Below are positions 1 through 11,995 of a stretch of 64,000 nucleotides of DNA, in pieces. The translations under genes and the position numbers were made by a program. How positions within the stretch are numbered: position 1 is the stretch's first letter; every line of letters starts with the position of its first letter. Source of the stretch: Entomortierella parvispora E1425 (Eukaryota > Fungi > Mortierellomycota). The stretch is taken from the NCBI GenBank assembly GCA_020891255.1, contig BQFW01000004.1:2046001-2110000 (forward strand), given 5' to 3'. The notes beneath the pieces were generated by a model. The model made no database searches. It was not told the DNA's origin and saw only the letters and a list, made by a program, of their open reading frames with translations.

Positions 1-3000
1 GAAGGTCGGTGGTAACGTCTTCGGCCGCCAGAGCCACCTCCGAACCCAAATTCGGGGTCATAGAGGTCTTCGTCATCATCTTCATCAGGTGCGGCATCGT
101 TCATCGGGGCTGCACCAGATATCGGGGCTTGGGTGATGGAGAACTCTTGAGCGACAGTCTCTGGAGTGAACTGACTAGAAGAGCATGGGGTTATCGATGG
201 TGTTGTCACTGTTGACGCGGTCGAGAACTGTTGTGGAGCCACTGTCCGCAATGGTGGCTGCTGCTGCGGGCTGGTGGGTACGTATGTTGGTGTTGTTGTG
301 GTTTGTTGTTCGTTCCTAGTATCAAAGAGAGGATGGACTCGTTGTTCTTGCAGCTCAGGTGTTGATTGTACGGACATCGTATCGGGTGTTGATCGTGTGT
401 GCATCGTCTCGAGTGTCGATTGTCTTGACATTGTCAATGCTGAACTGACAGCGCGCTTTGGCTGGCACTCTGGCGGCCGGGGTCGTTGTCGTTGTCGTCG
501 TCGTTGTTGGCCTCGAACGCTGTCGGCTTCAGGAGTCACGGCCCTCGGTTCTTGGCCCATCTCTGCTTTCAACACCTCTGTAGTGATGGGGAGGTGGGTA
601 TCGATCTTGTCTGGCCTACAGGCATGCCAGATCCGGTGTTGAACCGACCTGTTGAATAAGGATCCATTTTCATAGGAGGACGTCCACGAAGGTTCTGAGG
701 GGTTAAGGGCCGTTGGAAATCCTCCACCAAGAAGACTGTTGTTACTCACTCCAGGGTGAATACCGCTGTTGTTGACGTTCTGAAGGAAAGAGGACGGATA
801 GTGGACCACGGGCGGATTGGTCGCAAATGAACCAGGCGATTCATTGGCGTAGGATGAGTAAGAGGCTGGGTCGCCGTGTTCCCCGACGGAAAACAGAGCC
901 CTCCACCCGTCCAGATTCTCTTGGGTGGAAAAACGGATCAGCAGGGTTCCAGAGTCAACTGTCGTTATACGAAGAGTGGGGTCTTTGGCATCATGGATTT
1001 GATCCATAGTCAGCATCAGATAGCTTCTGGATCGACCGTTTGCGCTCTGCAATTGGGTTTCATTCAATGTATAAAAGTGAAAGTTCTGATTAGATGCAGG
1101 ACTTTCGCTTTTTGCTACCCCCCCCCCCCCGAAAAAAAAAACCATGTCTTTGTCACTTACATCCACAGCCAAGAAAGAATGAACTTCTGGGGTGACGATC
1201 AACGTCGCCATTGACCAATGAGAGAAGAATCCAGTCATCCAGGTTCCTTCGCATCGAATCGGAAGTAGAAACTACATATGAAAATGCTAGAGTGAGCACG
1301 CCAGGATCTAGAAGGATCACTGAAAATCAAGCAATGAGGCAAACAGTCAGAGGAGGCACTTACGCAATATGATTCCAACTATCAATATGAAAACATATAT
1401 GAATATGTTAGTGTCTCTTTTTTCTATAGAAACGGACGACATTGTCCAAGAATCATTCCAAATGCTTGTTTACCACTTTGGACGCCCCGGCTCGAGGGGG
1501 TTTTGAAGGCAAGGAGCCATGCGGTGCTTCTGTATGCTGCTCGAGAGAACCATTCATCTGAATAGTCGAAAACCCCTTTCCTCTTTCACGGATGGTCTCC
1601 TCTTGTTCCCTTCGAGGCGAAATATGTGATGGTGGATTCTCCAAAATTGCTCCGCTTCCACCGATAGTACCATCGATCGAGTTCTTATGGAATGCACTCC
1701 ACATCGGAGAAAGAATGGGTTTTTGCAGATCACCCTTTTGTGGCAGTCGAGCATTCATCCATGTCCGCAACGGGTTCGTGCCATCAGAAAGGTCAGGTTC
1801 TGTTTGGGATGGTGGGCTGGCGACACGATGAAAGTGTGGTCTTGTGGGCGGGGAGGGGGTTGCGGTCACGCTATCTGGATTTGTGCGTACCTTCTCCAAG
1901 TCTAACGTTGAAAAAGTCGACGTCATATTGGAGCCAAGGTGGTTGGCTCCAGGAAGTGGAACTCGCGGCGGTGGGGACAGTGGGTGCTCAGGAGCTGGGA
2001 TCCAACTGTGCCCTGCCAGGGCGGCTTCGGTGGATTGATGGATGATCATATTCGGCATCTCCTTGGCGGCAGAAGGGATTTCTGTGGAGTAGTAGATCGT
2101 TCCATCGAGTTTTTCATGGTCAGCGTTACCAGATTGAGGTCCCGAAAGATTTGCAACAGAAGGTTGCCCACCGAACTCTCCTCCACCAGATACTCCTGTG
2201 TCTGCAGCAATGCCCTCCGTCCTGGAGTGTTCTTCTTGGCGAGGACTTGAATCCCAATTGTGTCCTATCGAGCTCTTGAAGCGTTCCGTACGCATGGATA
2301 TCCAAATTGCGACGATCTTGGGAATGAATAGAACGAGAAGTGCAAAGGCGGCACCGAAATAAGAGACTATAATTATGATATAGTAGGTAGCCATATAGAG
2401 ATCCGATGCAAAGGTTTGAACAATGAGGATCACCACCAAGAGGAAGAAGTTGTTGTAAAGGACCCAAGCAATCTGTCTGGCTTCGTTCCACAAAAAGACG
2501 ACGTTTCTAGTACTGTAGGCCAAGAAGACACCAAAGAGGACAACCAAGGTCGGTATTATCGCAGAGCCAAGGTATAATGGGATTTTAAATCCGTTTGTAG
2601 GGGAGCATTTCACCCACTGGATATTGCGAATGTTCAATAACGTAGGCTTGGATGGATTCACGATCTCTTGGGCTATCAGCGGCAATAGCGATATGACTAC
2701 AGTGGCAATCACGTAGACAAGTAGGTGACGCGTCTGTAGCGACTGGTTGGCTACGGTGACGCTGTTGAAGATTCGATATATCCGATAGTTCTTGACTACA
2801 AGAGCACTGTTGAGGAGATTCGCAAGCAACCGAGGACAAACAAGCAGAAGGAAAGAAGAGTTAACACAACAGACGAATGAATGGAATGACCAGTATGCTT
2901 GACGCAGACGCAGATATTTTTACCCTGCTAAAAGTGTAACGCCGGCAGTTAGCAAAAAGTGTCGTGCCTTGCAGATTTGTACCGTAGGAATGTTGATAAA

Positions 3001-5529
3001 AAAACAGCACCATAGGAAGAGGAGAAAAATTCCTGCGAGCTCACATATACAAAAGACAGGGCTACCACCAGACGAGAGGGAAAGTTTGAGAGGTCAGTTG
3101 TGGTTCCTTTGGTGTAGAAAGATGTTTCTAGGAGGGACTCGTCTTTGGTGAATACCTAGATGCCTTGATGACGATGTGGTTCCTGAAATAGATGACTATA
3201 ATGGCGGTCGCGAAAGTCATGGCAAGTCCTGCAACACAGAGTGCTCCGAAGATCGTGCCTGGTACCCTTGACCATCTCATATTTTGAACTGGGTACAAAT
3301 GCAAAATGAACAACGCGTCAGTATATGCCTATTATTCCTGTGATAGTCACAAGGTACTTACTAGCCCACGGAGAACTGTCATTCGGGAGACGTTGATGCT
3401 TGCGAAAAGGCATTGGCATCGATGCAGTGTATATTCCATTAAGAACCTCGCCGACCTGTTGGGATTTTCCGTTCTGAAGGCTGCTGACGAGGTAGTTTCT
3501 AAGTTTTCGTTGCAGGCAAGGACATTGCCAGATGATCAGGGTGACATACAGAATACGATAAAGTATGCAAAGCACGAAGTCAAGATTGAATCGTACCCAT
3601 TTCGTCTATCACCATTGCGGTCCACCTCTATCGGCCCGGCAGGCCCATCAAACGGCTCGAACCGATAAAAGTCGGTGACCTTGATCTGCGACGTGTGCAT
3701 TCCTAGTTTCAGCTCCTTTATGAATGGATGGTTTGGCGTAACATCTCGAGGATTCGTGATATTCGCTCGGATGATCTATGAACACCACAGAGGTGCGCCT
3801 TATTAATTAGATTTTTCTCAAGTAGTTGAGGATCTCTGGATTTAAAAGTGCTTACCCTGGCATACATATTTGCCAACATGGTCACGCACATGTATGCGAA
3901 CGCCTCATTGCTATCCAAAACTTCATCCCCGGCGCCTGGGTATCTATACGAAATATTACGAGTATGACCGCCGACCGTATTAGCGAGAGGCTCACAGTTC
4001 CACGAGAGATATAATGTTGGCAAGAAAAACTTACTCAGTTGTGTTTAGGGCCATCCATTCGTTTTTAAAGTTGTCGTAGGGGCCATAGCCATCCAAAGTT
4101 ACTCCGTTGTTGATCATGATAAGACCATCATAGGCTTCTGGGTCTGGTTCCAGCGCAAGTTCTTCCTCAAGATCGTTCAGAGTTAGCCAAGCATGGGCGC
4201 GATCAAAGAATCCCAAGTTCTTCATTCGTCGCAGCAGTCGAATTTGATCTGGTCCTGATGACAGCACAACTTGGATTCTAGAGTCGGATGCCTCGATAGA
4301 TTTTTCAATTTCGCTAAATGTCGGGTCGAATTTCTCACCAGGTGTGGCCAGGGGTATATAATCTAGTACATGAATTCCTTGTGCAGAAACAATCTCCCTC
4401 AGTCGGTTTAGTCCAAGGTATCCAAGAATCTCTACTTCGTAAATGATGGTGATACGACTCCAATCTAACGCCTTGATCACCTGTAGCAGAGAGGACAAGG
4501 CGACTAGTGTCGAGGGGATGGTTCTGAAAAAGTACGGATAAGAATCCGAATCCGACAAAGTTGGGCTGACTAAAAGAGAGAAGCATTGGTAAGCTGGCAG
4601 ATACCGCGCTGCGACATTGGGCCACAAAAAACACTTACTCGACGCGAAGGAGCACTGAGGGATATTCACGCTTGAAGTCATCAGCGCCTCGTAGTGCGTC
4701 AAAGTCGATCGAACATCGCCTATAACCCCCCCAACCTACAGAAGATCAATAAAAAAAAGGGCGACGTTAGGGCCTACTTTTCTAGAAACGACGACGACAA
4801 TCCAACCCAGAAAACAAATCTTGCCTTAAGAGCGATCAGTTTACCAGCTCCTGCGATAGCTGCTGCTCCTCCTGAATCTGTCGTGAGGCCTGGTTCTTGG
4901 CTGTCGCGGAGGACGATGGACATGTTCAAGCCTACAGGAACAATGATTGATCCTGGTATCAGATTCTATACCATGATGTCTTTTTTTCCGCATAGAATAC
5001 AAGTTGTGATTCCTTCTTGCCTGGCATCATCTGCTGCTCGTTCACATCTTTAACAGCCAAACGCATTGCCTACAGAAAAAAAAAAGAAAAAGAAAAAGAA
5101 AAAAAAAACCAAACCAAACTATCAGATCAGTTCTTGAGCTATCGCTGTTTCAATGTATTTACAAAGCTCTACAAATCTTACAGAGAGGCATTTCCGGATA
5201 ACGGTCTCTATCCGTTTCTGTGGAGGCGTGTTCAGTTCCAAGATGAAGCCTATCCGGAGGGTATTCATGTTTGGATACCAGTAGTGCTCAAACTCATAAT
5301 CGGTTATCAGCAAAGGCTTTTTGGCGGGCCTTGGGGGTGTTGCATCCTCTGCCAGGAATGGGCACATGTCCTCCGGGGATAGAGACAAAGAGGTTGCCGA
5401 GGTATGGGGGGTGAGTGTGGCGTTGATGTCACTGATTCCGTTGGCAATGAAGGCAGTGGCGCAGAACTGGAGGGCGACGATGGCCGTCCAGCGCAGTCGA
5501 CGTATCGAGGGGTTCCCTGCCATGGCCAT
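1..5529 (-). CDS. Class C (GABA-B-like) GPCR: signal/TM N-terminus, Venus-flytrap (periplasmic-binding-protein-like) domain, 7TM, long cytoplasmic tail; multi-exon, 3' end beyond window start
   Basis: Spliced minus-strand exons give AMRLAVKDVNEQQMMPGLNMSIVLRDS, VGGVIGDVRS, SPTLSDSDSYPYFFRTIPS and WSRITIIYE (VFT motifs). TM1 is followed by FRNHIVIKAS-SPVFC, then LVVKNYRIYRIF, STRNV..WNEARQI and LFIPKI (class C 7TM motifs). The last exon (1046 downward) stays open to position 1. Confidence 0.88.
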
Positions 5530-5989
5530 CGAAGGGGGGCGTGGTGAGGTTGTTTTCAGATGGGGTAGAGAGCGGGGAAGAGAGGAAGCTCTTTTCGGAT
5601 CAAGCAGTGAAGGGCACGGTGCGAGTCAGCAAAGGAGAGGGAACCGATAGTGCAGTCTACACACATAGGAAAGAACGTGCGGTGATAATCATCACTCAAT
5701 CACCCAGGGTAAAAAAAAAAAGAGTCAAAAGTGAGACGGTGAGACGCGAACGAACGAACGCACGCCGCAGAGACAGTCCCCACCCCGGGATCAGTCAGTC
5801 ACTCCCGTCTCAGCCTCATTTCCCAAGATCTCCAAGAATCGAGGGGTGCAGTGCCCAGGGACCCTGCGGGCATGTTGAGTTGTGCACAGCCGATGGCTGC
5901 ATGGGCGGATAAATAACCACGACCGAAGCTCCTCTCCCTTTCTTCCCCCTTCATCCTTCTCACTCCATTCCTCTGTCAATTCCCTCTCC

Positions 5990-8155
5990 ATGACACCTCT
6001 GCTCAAGCCAGTCAGCGGAACTAGTGCCCCCACACGTCCCTCGCCCATTCAGATCAACGAGATCCTGCTCCGAATCTTCTCATATCTGTCTCAATCGAAA
6101 CTCAAGACCGTCGCGCGATGTGTGTGCCGACAGTGGAGTTTTGCTGCGAAGGAGCTGCTCTCTTGTGAGGTCCGGTTTGATGTCGGCGATTCTAGAACAT
6201 GGAGGAACATGGCCACAAATGTTGCCATGGCCACGAGCATCACTATTGGCAAAGAGCCTGCTCCAAGGCCATATAAGCAAGACTACGATCCAGCTTGGTC
6301 TAGAGAACAATGGCAACAGCTGGTGGATCTTCTCGATCATGTAAAGCTGGACGCAGCGGCAGCAGCAGCAACCGAAAATGATGTAGGCCGTCAACTTCGT
6401 GTCCAGAAGCTGACCATGTATGTCGAAAGCTGGTGGATCGACGACATTGCTTCTCAGACCCTGTTCAACGCCATACACTTGACGAATTTGACCATGTATA
6501 TGTCCTGGTTTGAGACAGGCACGGACTATATCGAATGGATGCTGGATCAGTGTCCCAGCCTGCTGTCGCTTTCCTTGATCGGCTGCAAACTCGGTCTCCT
6601 TGATTATCATGGACAAAGGGCGAGGTCCCATGTACCAGAGTCGGCCTGCAAGAGCCACACGAACTCATGGCCACTGCGAACTCTTAACATTACGAGTCTG
6701 AGGGTGTCTCCGAGGAAACTTCGAGATCTTGTCCCGAGATTGGAGGGGCTGACGAGTATTTCTATGATCCACATCCAATGTGCTAACACACCAGACTCCT
6801 TTCAGAATCCTGTGGTGGATCAAGAGTTTTGGATGACCCTGGCTCGACAATGTTTGTGTCTGGAGGCAATTTCATTTACTGCTGAAGAGCCCTTGTCATT
6901 TGATTTTCCAGTAGCACTGTTTCCCTTTGTCGTCGACTTTGGAGTGGGTGTCAAATGTGCCATGGTGGACAACCCAACTTGGCAAGCGCTATACAACATG
7001 CATCAAATCAAAGATCGTCTCACATCACTGAAGATTTTGGGGACGGGGAGGTGGTGCCTCAAAAGTGGAGTCCTCCGTGACTTTCTCTGTTCTGCGCCTA
7101 ATCTTCTGCATCTCAAGGTAGTGGGTGCGTGTGTCGAACGTCAGGTCCTGTTCGATTATTCCACGAACGCGTCGTCACCTTGTGTATGGGCTTGTCGAAG
7201 GTTAAAAACACTTCATATTGACTCCAATGTGTACCTACTGCCGGACGAATGGCCCTCAAACAGGACTCTCTTTGGCTATCTCGGTCGCGTCTGTCCCGAG
7301 CTACAAGAGATATCAGTCTTGGCGTACGAAGTAGATCCTCACTTGCCCTTGACTCTTTCGTTGTTGACGCGGCTGGTCCATTTGCGACAGTTAGAACTTC
7401 GATTTCGGGTAGACCAGCACTGGGACAACTCCGAGAGTACCATGCTTCGAGCACCTGATTTTGGATGGATTCAGTTGAACAAGGCAAAGCATAGAGGTCC
7501 CCCAGCACTGGAAAAAGGTATATCCCGCCACCGTCTATCGTCCCTTTTCCACTCTATATCTACAATTGGATATAAGCAACCAAGGAAGGAACCCAGCAGC
7601 TACGCAGAGGCTGCACGAGCAAGCACCCTCGCGCAAGATAAGGAAACAGTTCGTAGATTAAAAAAGGTCGAAGGGCACACCAAATCGGAGTGCTGGAGGA
7701 ATGTGCACAATGATCGAGCGAGTCAACGACAAAGAATGTTGCAACAGCAAGGGGAGAACTACTATCGAACAGATTACAATCGAGATATCCCCATGGTAGA
7801 TGGACTAGTCGACTTTGAATTCATGGGATCCCACCTGGATGTCGAAGCATGTCTGCAAGCACAGATCTGGCGATTCCAACAGCAGCAGGAGGGAGGAGAT
7901 GGGACTCGGGTCGAACAGATCCAGAGGTTATCAGCGCTCGATGCGACGTCTCCGACGGAGTGTACGCGACCATGGAAATATATGGAGCAGTTCATTTTCA
8001 CCATTTCTGTCTATGGCGATCACCCCAGAGAAATGAAGAGGCTGGAGAGCCACATAAGCGAAACATGCAACAGCTTGAAACAGATGCGACCCGACATTGA
8101 GTTCCTGCACCGGACCAACACGGTCGATAAAGATCTTTATAATGAACTTCAGTAA
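5990..8155 (+). CDS. F-box protein with LRR/RNI-like body (lineage-expanded type), intronless
   Basis: Long ORF (track 5882-8155; likely ATG 5990). N-terminal PIQINEILLRIFSYLSQSKLKTVARCVCRQW is an F-box motif. Repeated LxxLxL segments follow (LTNLTMY, LLSLSLIG, LRTLNIT, LTSLKIL, LKTLHID, LRQLELRF). Confidence 0.85.
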   Translation: MTPLLKPVSGTSAPTRPSPIQINEILLRIFSYLSQSKLKTVARCVCRQWSFAAKELLSCEVRFDVGDSRTWRNMATNVAMATSITIGKEPAPRPYKQDYDPAWSREQWQQLVDLLDHVKLDAAAAAATENDVGRQLRVQKLTMYVESWWIDDIASQTLFNAIHLTNLTMYMSWFETGTDYIEWMLDQCPSLLSLSLIGCKLGLLDYHGQRARSHVPESACKSHTNSWPLRTLNITSLRVSPRKLRDLVPRLEGLTSISMIHIQCANTPDSFQNPVVDQEFWMTLARQCLCLEAISFTAEEPLSFDFPVALFPFVVDFGVGVKCAMVDNPTWQALYNMHQIKDRLTSLKILGTGRWCLKSGVLRDFLCSAPNLLHLKVVGACVERQVLFDYSTNASSPCVWACRRLKTLHIDSNVYLLPDEWPSNRTLFGYLGRVCPELQEISVLAYEVDPHLPLTLSLLTRLVHLRQLELRFRVDQHWDNSESTMLRAPDFGWIQLNKAKHRGPPALEKGISRHRLSSLFHSISTIGYKQPRKEPSSYAEAARASTLAQDKETVRRLKKVEGHTKSECWRNVHNDRASQRQRMLQQQGENYYRTDYNRDIPMVDGLVDFEFMGSHLDVEACLQAQIWRFQQQQEGGDGTRVEQIQRLSALDATSPTECTRPWKYMEQFIFTISVYGDHPREMKRLESHISETCNSLKQMRPDIEFLHRTNTVDKDLYNELQ

Positions 8156-8197
8156 AACAAACAACCCAATTGAATTTAGGAGAGATGGTCGTCCCAG

Positions 8198-8249
8198 GTT
8201 GGTATGCCTCAACCTGCCAAGTTGGCATGCCTCAACCTGCCAAGTTGGC
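8198..8249. repeat. 23-bp tandem repeat, ~2.3 copies (gttggYatgcctcaacctgccaa)
   Basis: 8198-8220 gttggtatgcctcaacctgccaa; 8221-8243 gttggcatgcctcaacctgccaa; then a partial gttggc. Confidence 0.85.
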
Positions 8250-8359
8250 TCGACCTCTCGAGTGTAATTAAACGTGATTTTGATGCAGTTTTGCCTTCTC
8301 GAGAGAGTCGGCGACTTGGTTGGTGACACATACATGCATGCACTGCCCAGTGAGTGGAA

Positions 8360-8392
<33 letters not shown>

Positions 8393-9038
8393 GGCGGTGC
8401 GGCGAAGAATTCTCCACTATTACCATCCTCCAACATCTCGTCCTTCTTTTAACCATGTTTTCCAAATCCCAAACGAACAAACCGACTGAGGAGCGTCTTG
8501 TCCATCACCACATCAGATCAACGAAATACTCTTCGTATCTTTTCGTACCTGTCTCAGCCGAAACCCAGGACCGTTGCGAGGCGTGTATGTCGACGATGAA
8601 ATCTCGTTGCGAGAGAGCTGACCGAGATTCAATACGGAAGACAACAAACTTCAATTGAAGCAAAGTCCTGGAAGCAGGGAATTAATTGAACGACGTCGGC
8701 AGACAAGACCGCCGCCTGCAGGCCGGAGTCGTCTGTTTCTGCTCGCTTTCTTTTAGACGCGTCTTCCTCGTGTAGGGTGATTCAGGCAATGAAGGGGCCA
8801 CCATTGTTTTGGTGGCACTGCTAAGCCACATTTTTCTTTTTTTCTTTTTTTCTGTTGTCGCCCTCGTCTTCGTTGTTGTCTGGTTTTCTCATTGCATCTG
8901 TCGACGACTCCATCCAACAACGACATCGACATTCCTATTCTCAGCGATTGTCTGCCTGCGCCATTCCTAGCTGTCGACTGTTTGCATTCATCCACCCCCC
9001 CTCAATCCACCCCCTCATTTTCAGCCCCGATTTACCTC

Positions 9039-11725
9039 ATGGCGTCTGTTGTTCAAGCCTCGCCAGCCAACCTGTTGGATACGCTGATCAAGCGGTACCT
9101 TAAGGACGACCTTGCTGTCAGGGATTATATCCCCTTTGTGATCGATACCATCACCCACCACCGCCTCTTGCACGATCGCCATGAACAGACCACACAGCAT
9201 CGCATCTGGACCCAAAGGCTGAGATCTCTGCTCGAATCCCAGCAATCCGGTGCTCGATTGGCCGGCGTGAGCTTTGTGCGGATCACTGCTCAGCAAAGCA
9301 ACACGCTCTTTACAGAGCATGTCCGCACCTGGGTTACTCTCTTGGTCGGATTGTTGTCTGTAAGTTTTTGGATGCCACCTCTTCTCCCGCAGGGAAGAAA
9401 CGTCCAGAGTCTTAAAGTTGATCCTAATGCCCATTCCTGGTCATGCTTTTTTCTCTTAGAAAAACGAACCATCCGCCAATGCCGAGGCTATTATCGTCAC
9501 CCTCTCTGAATTGTTCGCAAAGACTGCAAAGAGACCTGATTTGAAGAGCGATGTCACGTCAAAGTACCTCCCCGATTTTTACAACCATGTCCTCTCTTAC
9601 AAGAACAGGAAGGAACTTTTGGTAATTTCCAGGAAAAAATGAAACGAGCAGGCATCACCATCATTGTTTGACGACGAATGTTCAATAGCTGACCCTGTGG
9701 TTTAATGAACATGTATAGCCTACCATTTACAATGCCATGGCTCAGTCTGTAACTCTGTTCCCCACCACTTTCCGTCTGGCCCTGGACAAGACCGAAGCTC
9801 TTTGCGTGGCTTACATGGATGGGCGTTTTGATTTGGAGCCAGAGTTGGTCAAGGCTGCTACGGCCTGCTTTGCGGCCTTGCATGCTGCTGGAGGCAAGAA
9901 TCCCAACCACCCAACAGAGCGTATCACCCCCTCGGAGCAATGGCGTAACAACCTTCAGGAGATCATCAAAGCTATGCACCGATCCTTGACGATCCTCTTT
10001 GAGACTGTGGACGAGGATAAGCTGGACCCTAATGAGATGGCAGGAAAGAACAAGTACCTCACCGGCATGTCCACCCCCGCTGCTGAGGCTTTCCAAAGAT
10101 ACCCCCAGTTGTTTGGACGCCTTTCTAGTCTTTCCAAGGCCTTGATCGCCTGTTTGACCTGCCCAACAAAGGAAGCGATTCATTTGCCCCTCAACAACTT
10201 GGTGGCGCTTTTGACCCGGATTTACAGTGTGAATGCAAAGACGCCCATGTCGGAGGCCCGTGGAATCGACCCTCAGGACTACTTCATGTTGATCTCTGGC
10301 ATCTCCTCTCTGCACCTCTCTGCCAACGAGGTCCTCAAGACTTTGCTCGCCACCGCCCAGGATCATTTGGTCCGCCACATGTCGCACCTTGCCTCGATTG
10401 TTATCAAGTCGATCCGTCACTCTTCAGGATTGAGCAGCAGTCTCCGGAGCTCGACGTATTCCGTTGTGGAGGCTTGTATTCAGGCATTCGGAATTCCATT
10501 TGTGAACATGGTCCAGGTTCCTTTGATGGCCGCCCTTCTCGAGGACTTGAGGATGCCTTCTGCTCGTGTGGTGAACCCTCTGGAGATTGGCTCTGGAGGC
10601 AGCAACCCCAACAGCCGCGCCAACAACCACACCAACACCACTAAGCACAAGGGAGGCGCAGGCAAGAATGGACGTCGTGGAGGCAATAACCAGGCCAACC
10701 TGTCGAGCTTGAACCCCTTGGAGGAGATTGTCAGTGCACAGGTCTTTACTTCGGCTTTGAACATTCTCTCCCTGGCCTTGACGACTGCAGGACCCAACCT
10801 GGCTGCTCATTCCCGTGCCGCGGCCGACACGTTGATTGTGACCCATTTGCTGAACAGCCAACACCATGTCAACCCCATTGAGCAGGCCGAGACAGAGTTT
10901 TACACGGCTGCTGTCAGAGCTCATCTTTACAAGGTCCTGGTGGCCTCGATCTCATCCCCTGGAGAGACTCAGTCGAGCCTTGTGCCTTTGAGCGTGGGCA
11001 TCTTCAAGGCTGGATTGAATGACTCTGAGAAGTTTGTCCGGGACCATTGCACAACGGCTTTGACAATCTGCGATTTGGTCATGCACAGCAGGATGCCTCC
11101 TATGCAGCGTGCCAGAACAGTCACCCAGCCTTTGGCCAAGGGAGAAAAGGCGATTCAGGAGACTGGGTCGGCTCTCTTTGGTGCCTTTGAGGTGTCAAGA
11201 CCTTCTATCAAGTCCGCGTCAAAGGAGCAGGAAGACGATTATGAGGAAGAAGACGACGACGAGGAGACTGGTGCTGCCATTGAGGAAGACGAAGAAGAAG
11301 AGGAGGAGGACGAGGATGTGGAGATGAAGGAAGAGCCCGTTCAAAAGGTCACTGTCGTTGCTCCTGCTAGTTCCTCCATGTCCGCCTTCAAGGCTGCTGG
11401 CGAGGTCCAGGCCCCCAAGGCCACTACCACAACAGTTCGCCATGAAGAGGAGAAGATCGTGGAGAAGGTCAAGGAGGATCACAGCTCTGTCAAGGTTTCC
11501 GAAAAGTTCACGGCTCTTTCCACTGTCAGCCAGGGAGAAAACTCTATCAGTGCGTCCGTCACAACGACAACCACCAAGACCACCAAAACAACTTCCAAGC
11601 CCGCTCCCGCACCTGTATCAGCTGCAAAGAGCGATGACGATGACGAGGACGACGATGATATCGAGATCCCTAACATCAACATGGACGACGACGACGATTC
11701 CGATAACGATATGGATAGCGATTAG
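9039..11725 (+). CDS. RIX1: Pre-rRNA processing protein RIX1 / PELP1 homolog (3 exons)
   Basis: Exons ~9039-9359, 9460-9621 and ~9718-11725 with GT-AG introns. N-terminal WTQRLRSLLES..ARLAGVSFV is RIX1-like, followed by a helical body, DLVMHSRMPP and an acidic E/D-rich C-terminus typical of PELP1/Rix1. Confidence 0.75.
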
Positions 11726-11995
11726 AGAGACAGACATAGAAGAAACAAGGTCATCATTCATAAACGGTCTTGCACCAACCAATACACATTGTTTTATCGC
11801 AAAAAAGAATAATTTTAATAGTTTGACAAGGATATAAATGAATTTTTTGTTACTTGAGGAAAACGGTAAAAGAAATAGGGATTGTCTAAAAACACAGGGC
11901 ATGCAGAAGAAACAAGGATATATTGGAGCAACAGGGGGAAGGGCGAGGCAAAAAAAAAAAAGGTGAGAAATGGCAAAGAAAAAAAAGTAAAGATT

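Noticed and set aside
8198-8249. CRISPR-like repeat
   Set aside because: The units are contiguous with no spacers, the context is eukaryotic, and there are no cas genes.
9554-10924. Long minus-strand ORFs (288 aa, 166 aa) overlapping RIX1
   Set aside because: Antisense shadows of a codon-biased gene; no motifs.
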